Part shown: one piece after another, positions 41,479 through 51,109 of the stretch
Layout of the letters: each line of letters starts with the position of its first letter
How positions within the stretch are numbered: position 1 is the first letter of the stretch
From: Oculatellaceae cyanobacterium bins.114
Lineage (GTDB): Bacteria; Cyanobacteriota; Cyanobacteriia; Elainellales; Elainellaceae
Reading direction: 5' to 3'
DNA: 64,000 nt
Assembly: GCA_033764315.1 (NCBI GenBank)
Contig: JANRJA010000018.1
Location: forward strand, 1 to 64,000
Position numbers and translations under genes: made by a program
Notes under the pieces: model-generated
Told to the model about the DNA's origin: nothing
Databases searched by the model: none
The model's input: the letters and a program-made list of their open reading frames with translations, nothing else

Positions 41479-44400
41479 ATGCAAATTCTTCACGGTACGT
41501 GGATTCCTCAAAGCGATGAGGAATTTATTCAACAAGGGGCTTTTTATCTGTGGGTTGAGACAACGGAGCGCAAGCGGTTTCACAAAATCAGCCAGCGACA
41601 TCCCCGACAACGGGTTAAGGCAGATTTGGCTGCGTTATTGACTCAAGAACTAGGCATCCAACCCCCTGGCGATCGCAAGTTAGAAGATTTGATTTCGCCG
41701 CGCTATTTTTTGTTGCCGACAGTTGATGCTCAACCGTTACCCTCTTTGGAGTTGTCTCGGTATTTGGAGGAAGAACTCCCGGACACCTTTGAGTTTCAAT
41801 ATTGGCAGGTGGATTGCTATCAAACCGTTGCCTCTGCTAAACAGGGAGGCTACGTCAACAATGTGATTAGCTTACTCAATGACCTGCATTTCATCGCATT
41901 GCACAACCTGGCAGACATTCAACTAGGGTCTGATCTGCTGTTTTGGTTTCACTTTACTCAAGCGATTAAGCGCATCATTCTCAAAGATCAATATATTCCA
42001 GCGTTAAAGTATCGCGAACTGGAACCGCCAAAGCCCTCTGGAACGAAGCGTAAATCTACCAAAGCAACGACCCAGGCACCTGCCCCGGATCCCACCACCC
42101 CTAAAACTCGCCGCAGTTCCTCACGTGGTACCACCCCTCAGATGGCTAAAACCACTCGACGAACGCGATCGGCAGGGATGGCAAAGAAGACTTCTGCGGC
42201 TACAAAAACCATTGATGTATCGGTTGCCTCAGCCGAGAACGGCAAGTTTGAGATTTATCCTAGTTGGGAGTTTATTGGTGAAGAATACGAAGCCACGATT
42301 CAACAGTATGTGGAGTACATGCCGTTGATCTGTGTGGCGGGGTTTGCTGAACCGCGCGATCGCCCCGAATTCTACGATCGCTCTACGCTGTTGCGTCACT
42401 TTTCGGAGTGTTTGCTCACCGATATCGTCACCCATACTCCCACCACTCAGACCTATGAGAAAACAATCGCTGATACGCTGCTCTACAGTTGTTTGCATCT
42501 AACCAATCGGCCTGGGACAGGGGCACCTCAATTAGAGCAATATCAACAGTGGCAGGTATGGCGCGATCGCATTCTGCGAACTCAGACCGATCAGCCCTTT
42601 TATCTTTGCTTTCAACTGAAAGACCCAGCAAAACCTGAAGATGCCTGGGAACTTCAGTTTCAAGTGGCCCCTAAACATGACCCCTCTCTGCGAGTGTCGT
42701 TGCAAGACTATTGGCGCATGCGTCCTAAACAGCAAGCACAGGTCAAGAACGAGCTTGGAGAAGGCTTTGAGCAGCATTTGCTGATGAATCTCGGCTATGC
42801 AGCCCGCATCTATCCGACGCTCTGGCAAGGATTAGAAACCGATCAGCCTGTAGGGATTGCCCTCGATCTGGATGCGGCGTTTACCTTCCTCAAAGAGTCT
42901 GCCTGGGTGTTGGAAAACGCAGGCTATAAGGTAATCGTGCCTGCCTGGTGGACACCCAAAGGGCGACAGCGGGCCAAAGTGCGGCTCAAAGCCAAGGGTA
43001 AATCGCTCACCGGGGGAGAAGACAAGAGCAAGAAATACTTCTCGTTTGAAAGCCTGGTGGAATATCAGTACGAACTGGCAATCGGGGGTGAAACCGTCAG
43101 CGAACAGGAATGGAATCAACTGGTCAATGCTAAAACCTCTCTGGTCAAGTTCCGGGGGCAGTGGATGGAACTCGACCAGGACAAGATGAAGCAAATGCTG
43201 GAGTTTTGGAAGACTCAGCAACAAGAGAACCCAGAGTTGAGCTTGCTTGACTTCCTCAAACTGACCTCTGACCAGGATGACAACTTGGATATCGAGGTCG
43301 ATCGCCATGATGCTCTGTCTGATATGTTGTCAAAATTGGGTGACAAGAGCCAGCTGCAACCGATCGAAAACCCTCAACAGTTACAGGGCAATCTGCGGGA
43401 ATATCAAAAGCGAGGAGTTTCCTGGTTGCACTATTTAGAGCAGCTTGGCTTGAATGGGTGTCTTGCAGATGACATGGGATTGGGTAAAACCATTCAGGTG
43501 ATTGCCCGACTGTTGCAGGAACGGGAGATCGCTCAACAAAATCGGGTCAAAAATATTCCACCCACTCTTTTAATAGCCCCAACTTCAGTGGTGGGCAACT
43601 GGTATCGGGAGATCCAAAAGTTTGCCCCTGACCTCAAAGCGGTCGTACATCACGGCACTCAACGAGCAAAGGACACCAAAGACTTTAAGCAAATTTGCCG
43701 CGAAAACGATTTGGTGATTACGTCGTTTACCTTGGCTCGTAAAGATATTAAGTTGTTAGGCGAAATTCAGTGGCACCGCATTGTGCTAGATGAAGCGCAA
43801 AACATTAAGAACCCTAAAGCAGATCTAACCAAATCTATTCTCAAACTCTCGGCTCCGCACCGACTAGCGTTAACGGGAACCCCGGTCGAAAACCGTTTAC
43901 TTGATCTCTGGTCCATCTTTAACTTCTTAAATCCTGGTTATTTGGGCAATCAAACCCAGTTTCGCCGCAATTTTGAACTGCCGATTCAAAAAGCCAATGA
44001 TGTGCGCCAATCTGCCACGCTGAAAAAGCTGATTGAGCCATTCATTCTCCGGCGGGTCAAAACGGATCAGTCCATCATCAAAGATTTGCCTGACAAAGTT
44101 GAGCAGAAACTTTACTGCAATCTGACGAGAGAGCAAGCTTCTCTATATGAAGCGGTGGTGAAAGATGTTGAGGAAAAAATTCAAACCCTGGATGGCATTC
44201 AACGCAAAGGGTTGATTCTAGCGACACTGACTAAATTGAAACAAGTGTGTAACCATCCAATGCAGTTTTTACAAGATGGGAGTGAGTTTACACCAGAGCG
44301 ATCGCACAAGTTGACTCGTCTCAGTGAAATGGTCGAAGAAGTGATGGATGAAGGTGAAAGTTTGTTGATTTTTACTCAATTTACAGAACTGGGTGAAGCC

Positions 44401-44844
44401 TTAGAAAAGTACTTGCGACACAGCTGTCATCACAACACCTACTACTTGCATGGAGGCACCTCTCGCAAAAAACGAGAGCAGATGATTAGTGAATTTCAAG
44501 ACCCTGAAACAGAACCTTCTGTGTTTGTTTTGTCGCTTAAAGCGGGGGGTGTAGGAATTACGCTAACCAAGGCTAATCATGTGTTTCACTTTGATCGTTG
44601 GTGGAATCCGGCAGTTGAAGATCAGGCAACCGATCGCGCCTTTCGGATTGGTCAGAAAAAGAATGTGTTCGTTCACAAGTTTGTGGCAATGGGCACGTTG
44701 GAGGAGCGGATCGATGAAATGATCGAAGACAAGAAAAAACTAGCAGGGGCGATCGTAGGGGCAGATGAATCATGGCTCAGCGAGTTAGATAACGACGCCT
44801 TTAAAAAACTAATCGCTTTAAACAAGAGTGCCATCATGGAATGA
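41479..44844 (+). CDS. SNF2-family helicase/ATPase
   Basis: LADDMGLGKT, LDEAQNIKN, LTGTPVEN, SLKAGGVG, DRWWNPAVEDQATDRAFRIGQ. Confidence 0.95.
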   Translation: MQILHGTWIPQSDEEFIQQGAFYLWVETTERKRFHKISQRHPRQRVKADLAALLTQELGIQPPGDRKLEDLISPRYFLLPTVDAQPLPSLELSRYLEEELPDTFEFQYWQVDCYQTVASAKQGGYVNNVISLLNDLHFIALHNLADIQLGSDLLFWFHFTQAIKRIILKDQYIPALKYRELEPPKPSGTKRKSTKATTQAPAPDPTTPKTRRSSSRGTTPQMAKTTRRTRSAGMAKKTSAATKTIDVSVASAENGKFEIYPSWEFIGEEYEATIQQYVEYMPLICVAGFAEPRDRPEFYDRSTLLRHFSECLLTDIVTHTPTTQTYEKTIADTLLYSCLHLTNRPGTGAPQLEQYQQWQVWRDRILRTQTDQPFYLCFQLKDPAKPEDAWELQFQVAPKHDPSLRVSLQDYWRMRPKQQAQVKNELGEGFEQHLLMNLGYAARIYPTLWQGLETDQPVGIALDLDAAFTFLKESAWVLENAGYKVIVPAWWTPKGRQRAKVRLKAKGKSLTGGEDKSKKYFSFESLVEYQYELAIGGETVSEQEWNQLVNAKTSLVKFRGQWMELDQDKMKQMLEFWKTQQQENPELSLLDFLKLTSDQDDNLDIEVDRHDALSDMLSKLGDKSQLQPIENPQQLQGNLREYQKRGVSWLHYLEQLGLNGCLADDMGLGKTIQVIARLLQEREIAQQNRVKNIPPTLLIAPTSVVGNWYREIQKFAPDLKAVVHHGTQRAKDTKDFKQICRENDLVITSFTLARKDIKLLGEIQWHRIVLDEAQNIKNPKADLTKSILKLSAPHRLALTGTPVENRLLDLWSIFNFLNPGYLGNQTQFRRNFELPIQKANDVRQSATLKKLIEPFILRRVKTDQSIIKDLPDKVEQKLYCNLTREQASLYEAVVKDVEEKIQTLDGIQRKGLILATLTKLKQVCNHPMQFLQDGSEFTPERSHKLTRLSEMVEEVMDEGESLLIFTQFTELGEALEKYLRHSCHHNTYYLHGGTSRKKREQMISEFQDPETEPSVFVLSLKAGGVGITLTKANHVFHFDRWWNPAVEDQATDRAFRIGQKKNVFVHKFVAMGTLEERIDEMIEDKKKLAGAIVGADESWLSELDNDAFKKLIALNKSAIME

Positions 44845-44900
44845 TCAAAACACTCATCTCATGACTTTTGTGATAATGCGTGAACCGATGGAAACCAGTT

Positions 44901-45533
44901 ATGAACCCTGATTTACTTGATCGCCTCAAAGACCACCCTGATTTGCTCTCAGATGAGACTGATCAGCAATACACAATTACAAACGTGAGCTGGCAGGCAT
45001 ACGAAGCTCTGTTAGCCGATCTAGAGGATGATTTTCCAGGGTTGCGGGTTCACTATTGTGAGGGAACGCTTGAGATCACCATGCCAGGGCGCAAACACGA
45101 AGTTTTTAAGGACAACATTGGTGGGTTGCTGAGAGCCTATTTTGAGGAAACCCGGACTCGATTTTATGGATTAGGTTCAACTACGTTTAAGGTAGAAGCA
45201 AAACGTCGGGGGGCTGAACCGGATGTTTCCTTTTGTGTGGGCACTGATAAGGAATTTCCCGATATTGCCATTGAGGTGGTGCAAACCAGTGGCGGCATCG
45301 ATAAGTTAGCAGTTTATCTGGGGCTAAATGTTCCAGAAGTCTGGTTTTGGCAACATGGAGCCTTTCGGGTCTATCATCTGCGGGGCGATCGCTATGAGTT
45401 GGGCGATCGCAGTGAGTTTCTCCCCGATTTGGATTTAACTTTACTGGCAACTTATGTCCAATCGCCAGAGCCCCTGGATGCCGTCTTAGAATTTCGCGCT
45501 GCCATTCGCAATTTGTCTGGAGGAAAGCCATGA
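44901..45533 (+). CDS. Uma2-family PD-(D/E)xK endonuclease-like protein
   Basis: VSWQAYE, EPDVSF, PDIAIEV, VPEVWFW. Confidence 0.9.
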   Translation: MNPDLLDRLKDHPDLLSDETDQQYTITNVSWQAYEALLADLEDDFPGLRVHYCEGTLEITMPGRKHEVFKDNIGGLLRAYFEETRTRFYGLGSTTFKVEAKRRGAEPDVSFCVGTDKEFPDIAIEVVQTSGGIDKLAVYLGLNVPEVWFWQHGAFRVYHLRGDRYELGDRSEFLPDLDLTLLATYVQSPEPLDAVLEFRAAIRNLSGGKP

Positions 45534-46363
45534 GCCAGTTTAGCCGCACCTGGTGGGGACGAAAATTCATTGAGGCATTGGAAGCGTTTACCGATTCGGG
45601 GCGATTGAGTCGGGGTCGCTCCTACGCCAAAAACGACAAGGTCAAGAGCTTTGAGATTGTGGATGGCATTGTCACCGCTAAGGTACGCGGCTCCGTGAAC
45701 CCCTATTACGGTGTTTATAAGGAACCGCTCTACACGACCACGATTGAGTTTCAACCGATTAGTTCTGCCAAGTGGTCAGCGGCGATCGCCCTAATTGCCT
45801 CAAAAGCCAGCCTGATTTCGCGATTACTGTTGAACGAAATTCCCGAGGATATTGAGGACTCCTTCAAAACCCTGAAAATCAACCTGTTGCCCCATAGCCG
45901 CAAAGACTTTGATACAGAGTGCTCATGCCCCGATTGGGAAAATCCCTGTAAGCACATCGCTGGGGTCTATTACCTGATTGCCGCTGAACTTGACCGCGAT
46001 CCATTTTTGTTGTTTGAATTGCGCGGTTTATCTCGTCAAGACCTGCATAAAGAACTGGCAAAATCTCCTTTGGGGCTTGCCCTCTCAGCCGAACTGTTGT
46101 TAGAACAGCGATCGCCCGAATCTCGTTCCTCTTATCACACACGACCACAAACTGTTTCCGCAGAAGCGATCGCCGGATTGCGTGACTTTTGGCATGGAGC
46201 TAAGCGGCTACCCCAAACGATGGAACCGCTACCTGAAACGCTGGTTTCTGGCATTCCCGTCAAGAAACAGGGTGATTTCCCTGCTTTTTGGAGTCGTGAT
46301 AATTCCTTTATTGAGGCAATGGAAACGCTCTATGAACAAGTGAGAAATAAAGGTTCGTTGTAG
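45530..46363 (+). CDS. SWIM zinc-finger protein
   Basis: WWGRKF, RLSRGRSYA, CSCPDWENPCKH, DPFLLFELRG. Confidence 0.92.
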   Translation: MSQFSRTWWGRKFIEALEAFTDSGRLSRGRSYAKNDKVKSFEIVDGIVTAKVRGSVNPYYGVYKEPLYTTTIEFQPISSAKWSAAIALIASKASLISRLLLNEIPEDIEDSFKTLKINLLPHSRKDFDTECSCPDWENPCKHIAGVYYLIAAELDRDPFLLFELRGLSRQDLHKELAKSPLGLALSAELLLEQRSPESRSSYHTRPQTVSAEAIAGLRDFWHGAKRLPQTMEPLPETLVSGIPVKKQGDFPAFWSRDNSFIEAMETLYEQVRNKGSL

Positions 46364-46369
46364 GTGGCT

Positions 46370-47023
46370 CTATCTGGATGTCTGAAATTGGGCACGTAAG
46401 GCTTGCACTGCTTCAATTTCATCTTCTTTAGCGTGCGCCAAGAACTGATACAGCCACTCTTTCGGCACTGGTGGAAAAGTAGGACTGACTTCAAGTTCGA
46501 CGTAAACGCCTGCCTGAAGCTGATAAATTCGCCAGACCTGACCATTGAATCGCCAAAACTCAGGCACACCAACGGTGGCGTAAAACCGATTTTTCCGAAT
46601 ATCGGTATGGGTAATATCCACTTCAACCACTAAATCGGGTGGTGGATCATGAGCAAAATCGACATGGCGACCTTTAACCAAGGGTTGATTTTGAATGTAG
46701 TAGGCGTTGTCGGGTTCGGCTCCCTTTTGAAAGTTGGGATAATTCATCGTCGTTGAACCTATCGTTTTAACCCGCATTCCCAAGCACTCAATCAGTGTGA
46801 CAATGAAGCGTTCAATTAAGCTGCGATAGAATTCATGATCTTCTAAGGGCGTTGTAATTTCTAACATTCCCTCGTCGTAGGTAAGGCGAGAACTACGTGC
46901 TTGAGGCAGGGCATCTAAAATTTGCAGGTATGCCTCCCAGGACACGCCTCGAATCACCACCCGCTGTTCGCCAATGGGGGCGCGTTGTAGCTCAGTTGTG
47001 GGTTCGGGTGCTGCACTAACCAT
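46370..47023 (-). CDS. Uma2-family endonuclease-like protein
   Basis: VSWEAY, EPDNAYY, PPPDLVVEVD, GVPEFWR. Confidence 0.9.
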   Translation of the reverse strand: MVSAAPEPTTELQRAPIGEQRVVIRGVSWEAYLQILDALPQARSSRLTYDEGMLEITTPLEDHEFYRSLIERFIVTLIECLGMRVKTIGSTTMNYPNFQKGAEPDNAYYIQNQPLVKGRHVDFAHDPPPDLVVEVDITHTDIRKNRFYATVGVPEFWRFNGQVWRIYQLQAGVYVELEVSPTFPPVPKEWLYQFLAHAKEDEIEAVQALRAQFQTSR

Positions 47024-47067
47024 CGGGAATGCCCTGAAAATGCTAGAACCTTGCCATCTATTATGAA

Positions 47068-48375
47068 TTATCCCTCACTCGATTGGCTCTCTAACGGTGG
47101 AGCTACTTTGAGAATGCCGCGATCGCTATAGATGGGTCGCAACACCTGTCTAACTTGAGGTAAGTGTCTGACAAAAACAATAGAGCCAACGATGCAAGCT
47201 ACTCCACCGATCGCCACCGTATTGGCTGCTCCGATTGAGTTCGCTAGACCTCCCGCGTAGAGGCTGCCAAAGGGAATCGTTCCCATAAAACACATGGCAT
47301 AAAAACTCATCACTCTGCCACGTTTGTTGTCATCCACAATCGTTTGAATCAGGGTATTGCTGGAGGCAGCTTGCAAGATCGAACTAAATCCGGCGATCGC
47401 CATCAACCCCAGTGATAGCCAAAACACAGGGCAAAACGCAAATAGGATTAAACTACTTCCCAAGATCATCGGACTCCAGGCAATCAGCTTGCCCAACCCC
47501 AACACGGTCGTGCGCGTACTCAGGTATACGCCTGCTAAAAAAGCCCCCAATCCAGAAGCAGCCGTCAGAAATCCTAACGTAGTGGCATCTCCCTGGAACA
47601 CTTCGACTGCAAACACAGGCAATAGGGTCAGATAGGGCATCCCCATAAAACTCATCAATGCCAATAACAACAGCGTCGAGCGGATCGGCAAAAACCTGCA
47701 AACGTAAGAAAATCCCTCCTTCAAGGTTTTCCAAATTGGATGAGATATACCAGCGGAAGCGTTGGGTTGAATCTGCATCGACAGCAACATCGCAGTGACC
47801 GCCACATAACTCACCGTGTCGATCAAAAAGCAACTGCCCGCCCCAATCGTAGCAATCAAAATCCCCGCGATCGCAGGGCCAATGAGACGCGCACCATTGA
47901 TGAGAGAGGCATTTAGGGCGATCGCATTGGTCAAATCATCCCGGCTCTCTAACATCTCAACCACAAATGCCTGACGCACCGGAACGTCTAACCCGCGCAA
48001 CAAGCCAGAGAGGGTGCTGAGGATAATTAAGAGCACCACATTGAGTTGGTCAAATCCATAAAGTAATGTCAAAGCCAAGGACAAAATAGTGCCAATAATT
48101 TGCACCCAAATCAGCAAATGATAGCGATTCCAGCGATCGGCTAAAACTCCTGAAAAGGGTGCCAGCACAAAAGTAGGGAGTTGCCCCAAAAAGCCAGCTA
48201 ATCCTAGTAAAAAAGCAGAACCCGTTAGTTCATAGATTAACCAGGCGATCGCCACTTGGGTCATAAAAGTGCCGATCATCGACAGGCTTTGTCCGATGAA
48301 AAACAGGCGATAATTGCGCGATCGCAAGGCCGTTAAGACAGGCAGCTTCAGCGTCAGAATCGGTTTATTTGGCAT
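47068..48375 (-). CDS. MFS transporter
   Basis: About 12 TM; RNYRLFF, GVLADRWNR, RGRVMSFY. Confidence 0.9.
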   Translation of the reverse strand: MPNKPILTLKLPVLTALRSRNYRLFFIGQSLSMIGTFMTQVAIAWLIYELTGSAFLLGLAGFLGQLPTFVLAPFSGVLADRWNRYHLLIWVQIIGTILSLALTLLYGFDQLNVVLLIILSTLSGLLRGLDVPVRQAFVVEMLESRDDLTNAIALNASLINGARLIGPAIAGILIATIGAGSCFLIDTVSYVAVTAMLLSMQIQPNASAGISHPIWKTLKEGFSYVCRFLPIRSTLLLLALMSFMGMPYLTLLPVFAVEVFQGDATTLGFLTAASGLGAFLAGVYLSTRTTVLGLGKLIAWSPMILGSSLILFAFCPVFWLSLGLMAIAGFSSILQAASSNTLIQTIVDDNKRGRVMSFYAMCFMGTIPFGSLYAGGLANSIGAANTVAIGGVACIVGSIVFVRHLPQVRQVLRPIYSDRGILKVAPPLESQSSEG

Positions 48376-48457
48376 TCAAAAAAAAAGCAAAAGGCAGAAG
48401 GCAATAGGAATAAAGAGGTAACGTGACCAAGCCCAAGACCAATGATGACTGACCCCA

Positions 48458-49279
48458 TCACGTTTTCTGATATCCCGGATGCCATTCCAACCACTTGTAT
48501 TCTAAGTATCGAGCCGCAGAGTCAGCAAACTTACCCAACAACGCATACAAAATGACGCAGAGCATCACCACATCGGTTCGCAAAAACTCCCGTGCTTCGG
48601 TAGCTAAAAAGCCAATGCCAGAATCAGCCGCCACTGTTTCAGCCACAATAATCGTCACCCAAGTCACGCCTAAGGAATGGCGAAACCCAATCAAAATAGA
48701 AGATAGCGCACCAGGGAGAATCACCTGCCAAAACAGGTTCCAAGAGCGGAGCCCATAGACTTTTGCCACCTCAATCAACTCTGGATCAATATTGCGAACA
48801 CCATGAAAGGTGTTCATGTAGATGGGAAAAAATACGCCGATCGCCACCAAAAATAGCTTCGATTCTTCGTGAATCCCAAACCACAAAATTGCCAGGGGCA
48901 CCATTGCCAGATTGGGAATATTCCGCAGCATTTGCATCGATGCATCTAAATATTCTTCAGCACTGGGTAACATGCCGTTGATTAATCCCAACAAGAAGCC
49001 AAATCCACCTCCTACCAGGAATCCAACAAAGGCACGTCCTGTGCTGACTGCCATGTGATGCAACAGTTCACCACTAACTAATAGAGCGATCGCCGCACTC
49101 AATACCGTGCTGGGGGCAGGCATTAACTCAACGCGGAGCAACTGTAACCGTGCCAAGATTTCCCACAGCAGCAAAATGCCAACGGGCACAATCCAGGGTT
49201 TAATGCGCCGAAACCACCGTTTTGAAAATATTTGGCCGATTTTTGGATGAGCTTGTGAAGCTTGTTTTGCTAAGGTCAT
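48458..49279 (-). CDS. ssuC: sulfonate-type ABC transporter permease
   Basis: QMLRNIPNLAMVPLAILWFG, FFPIYMNT, IVAE...GIGF. Confidence 0.85.
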   Translation of the reverse strand: MTLAKQASQAHPKIGQIFSKRWFRRIKPWIVPVGILLLWEILARLQLLRVELMPAPSTVLSAAIALLVSGELLHHMAVSTGRAFVGFLVGGGFGFLLGLINGMLPSAEEYLDASMQMLRNIPNLAMVPLAILWFGIHEESKLFLVAIGVFFPIYMNTFHGVRNIDPELIEVAKVYGLRSWNLFWQVILPGALSSILIGFRHSLGVTWVTIIVAETVAADSGIGFLATEAREFLRTDVVMLCVILYALLGKFADSAARYLEYKWLEWHPGYQKT

Positions 49280-49391
49280 TTGGCTGAATTCAATCTAAAA
49301 CGGTTTGATGTGGCTGTAGCAAACGCTAAAGGGCTTTCCCATTGCTCCTGTGGATATGGTCTGCCCTTTAACTCCCGTTCCCAGCGCAGAA

Positions 49392-49645
49392 GCCTACTCT
49401 GTGTACACAAGTCCTCTTAGCCCTTAAATCCCCCTAACTTTGGGAGACTTTGAGCCTTTGCCAAAGGTCTTGCCCCCACCCGAAACACCCGGACTTGGAA
49501 CCGATGCGAAGCGCGTTTTTGGTTGAACCGAAACACCGTCTGCTAGGGGGTTTGGGGGAGACTCCCCCAATGCCTGGTTTTCACATGCTTGCAACAACCC
49601 TGCACCTAGTTTGGAAGGAAACAGAGATCTGTGTACACGGTAGGC
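49392..49645. mobile_element. MITE-like non-autonomous element
   Basis: Imperfect terminal inverted repeats GCCTACTCTGTGTACACAAGTC / GATCTGTGTACACGGTAGGC; internal hairpins such as TTGGGGGAGACTCCCCCAA; non-coding. Confidence 0.7.
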
Positions 49646-49671
49646 CCAGAAGTTTACGGGTATCAGACAAG

Positions 49672-50706
49672 CTATTTCTGATAAACCCACTCGTCAAAGG
49701 GAAACTCAGACTTGACAATATCTTCCGCAATCAGAAATGCCTGAGTTTTGCGCAGACGCTCGACTCCATCAGCCGGTAGTGGCTCTGCGGGATAAAGACT
49801 AATAGGTGAGGTGAACTCTGATACATCCAGTGGTTGCTTGTTAATCTCACTGACAAATTGGTAGTAAGCCTGAGGTTGAGATTTAATCTCTTGGGTCGCA
49901 CGAGCGATGATTTCGTACCACTTCTCAACAAACTCAGGATGTGCTGCCAAAAAGGCTTCACTGGCTGAAGTCACGTTTGAGCCGACCAGATCCCCATGAT
50001 TGGCTGCTTCATCAATCACCGTAAACCCCTGCGATTTCAACCGAAATGCTAAGGCACCTGTGGCAGCATAGGCATCAATATCTCCCCGTGTCAGTGCTGC
50101 TTCGCCTTCACTGTTAGTCAAGTTAACCAGTTTGACCTGATCCGTTAATCCGGCTTCATCTAGCAAGCCAACCAGATAACGATGGGGAATTGCCCCCACC
50201 CGAACCCCAACCGTTTTGCCTGCTAAGTCTTGAACCGATTGAATGCCACCCTCTTTGCGGGGCACCAGATACACATTAATGCCGCTCTGGTTGATGTTGA
50301 TTAAGCGAGTCCGCAAGCCATTCGTTTTGCCCACGATCGCCGGAGTATCGCCATTCATTGAGAGATCCACTTCCCCTGCGGCAACCGCTTCGTTGACCCC
50401 AGGGCCGCTGTCAAACCCGTAAAATTCGACTTCCCCAATGCCAATCTCTTGCAGCTCATCGTCTAAATAACCTTGGGTTTCTGCCCAGCCAATGGGACCA
50501 ATCGGCACATTGCCCCCATCCGCAGCCGTAAAGCCAATGCGCAGTGTCACGTCTTCTGTCGCTACAGGGCTGGCTGGCGTATCACCAGAACTGGCACTTG
50601 GAGTCGTTGGAGCTGGGGTTGAGCATCCCGTCACGAGTAACAATAGGGAGGCTACTGCTCCTGATAAATAAACTGGAACTGAATACGATAAACGCGCTGT
50701 CACCAT
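49672..50706 (-). CDS. sulfonate-type ABC transporter substrate-binding lipoprotein (SsuA/AsfC-like)
   Basis: Lipobox VTGC; SGPGVNEAVAAGEVD, GDTPA, DLAGKTVGV. Confidence 0.82.
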   Translation of the reverse strand: MVTARLSYSVPVYLSGAVASLLLLVTGCSTPAPTTPSASSGDTPASPVATEDVTLRIGFTAADGGNVPIGPIGWAETQGYLDDELQEIGIGEVEFYGFDSGPGVNEAVAAGEVDLSMNGDTPAIVGKTNGLRTRLININQSGINVYLVPRKEGGIQSVQDLAGKTVGVRVGAIPHRYLVGLLDEAGLTDQVKLVNLTNSEGEAALTRGDIDAYAATGALAFRLKSQGFTVIDEAANHGDLVGSNVTSASEAFLAAHPEFVEKWYEIIARATQEIKSQPQAYYQFVSEINKQPLDVSEFTSPISLYPAEPLPADGVERLRKTQAFLIAEDIVKSEFPFDEWVYQK

Positions 50707-50758
50707 TGGTTGAGATCCTCCTGAATGATTAATTGGGATGGAATAGTTTGAAGACCAC

Positions 50759-51109
50759 TCAGCTCATGCGAGTGTTTAATTCCTGTAAATAACGGTGGGT
50801 GTAATACGAGGTGTCGATCGCCGCTCCCGATGTTCGTCCTTTGCCCCAACCGACAATCTCGCGATAGCTGCCCAACAGCCCCGATTCGACTAATTCAGCT
50901 TCATCTACGGGCACTGACTGTTCAGCATCGTGAGCCACATAGAGAGCATCCACCGGGCAATAGACCTCGCACATAAAGCAGGTCTGACAATCGCTCTGAC
51001 GGGCGATCGCAGGGGGTGCATGAGGCACGGCATCAAACACATTCGTCGGACAAACGCTGACGCAGAGATTACAACCAATGCAGCGAGAGGCACTGACGAG
51101 TTCAATCAC
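50759..51109 (-). CDS. 2[4Fe-4S] ferredoxin (AsfB/AprB-like)
   Basis: CIGCNLCVSVCP and CQTCFMCEVYCP. Confidence 0.92.
   Translation of the reverse strand: MIELVSASRCIGCNLCVSVCPTNVFDAVPHAPPAIARQSDCQTCFMCEVYCPVDALYVAHDAEQSVPVDEAELVESGLLGSYREIVGWGKGRTSGAAIDTSYYTHRYLQELNTRMS

Noticed and set aside
49424..49779. ORFs of 88 and 109 aa across the ssuA-ssuC gap
   Set aside because: They read through the MITE and overlap the binding-protein gene; no protein motif.
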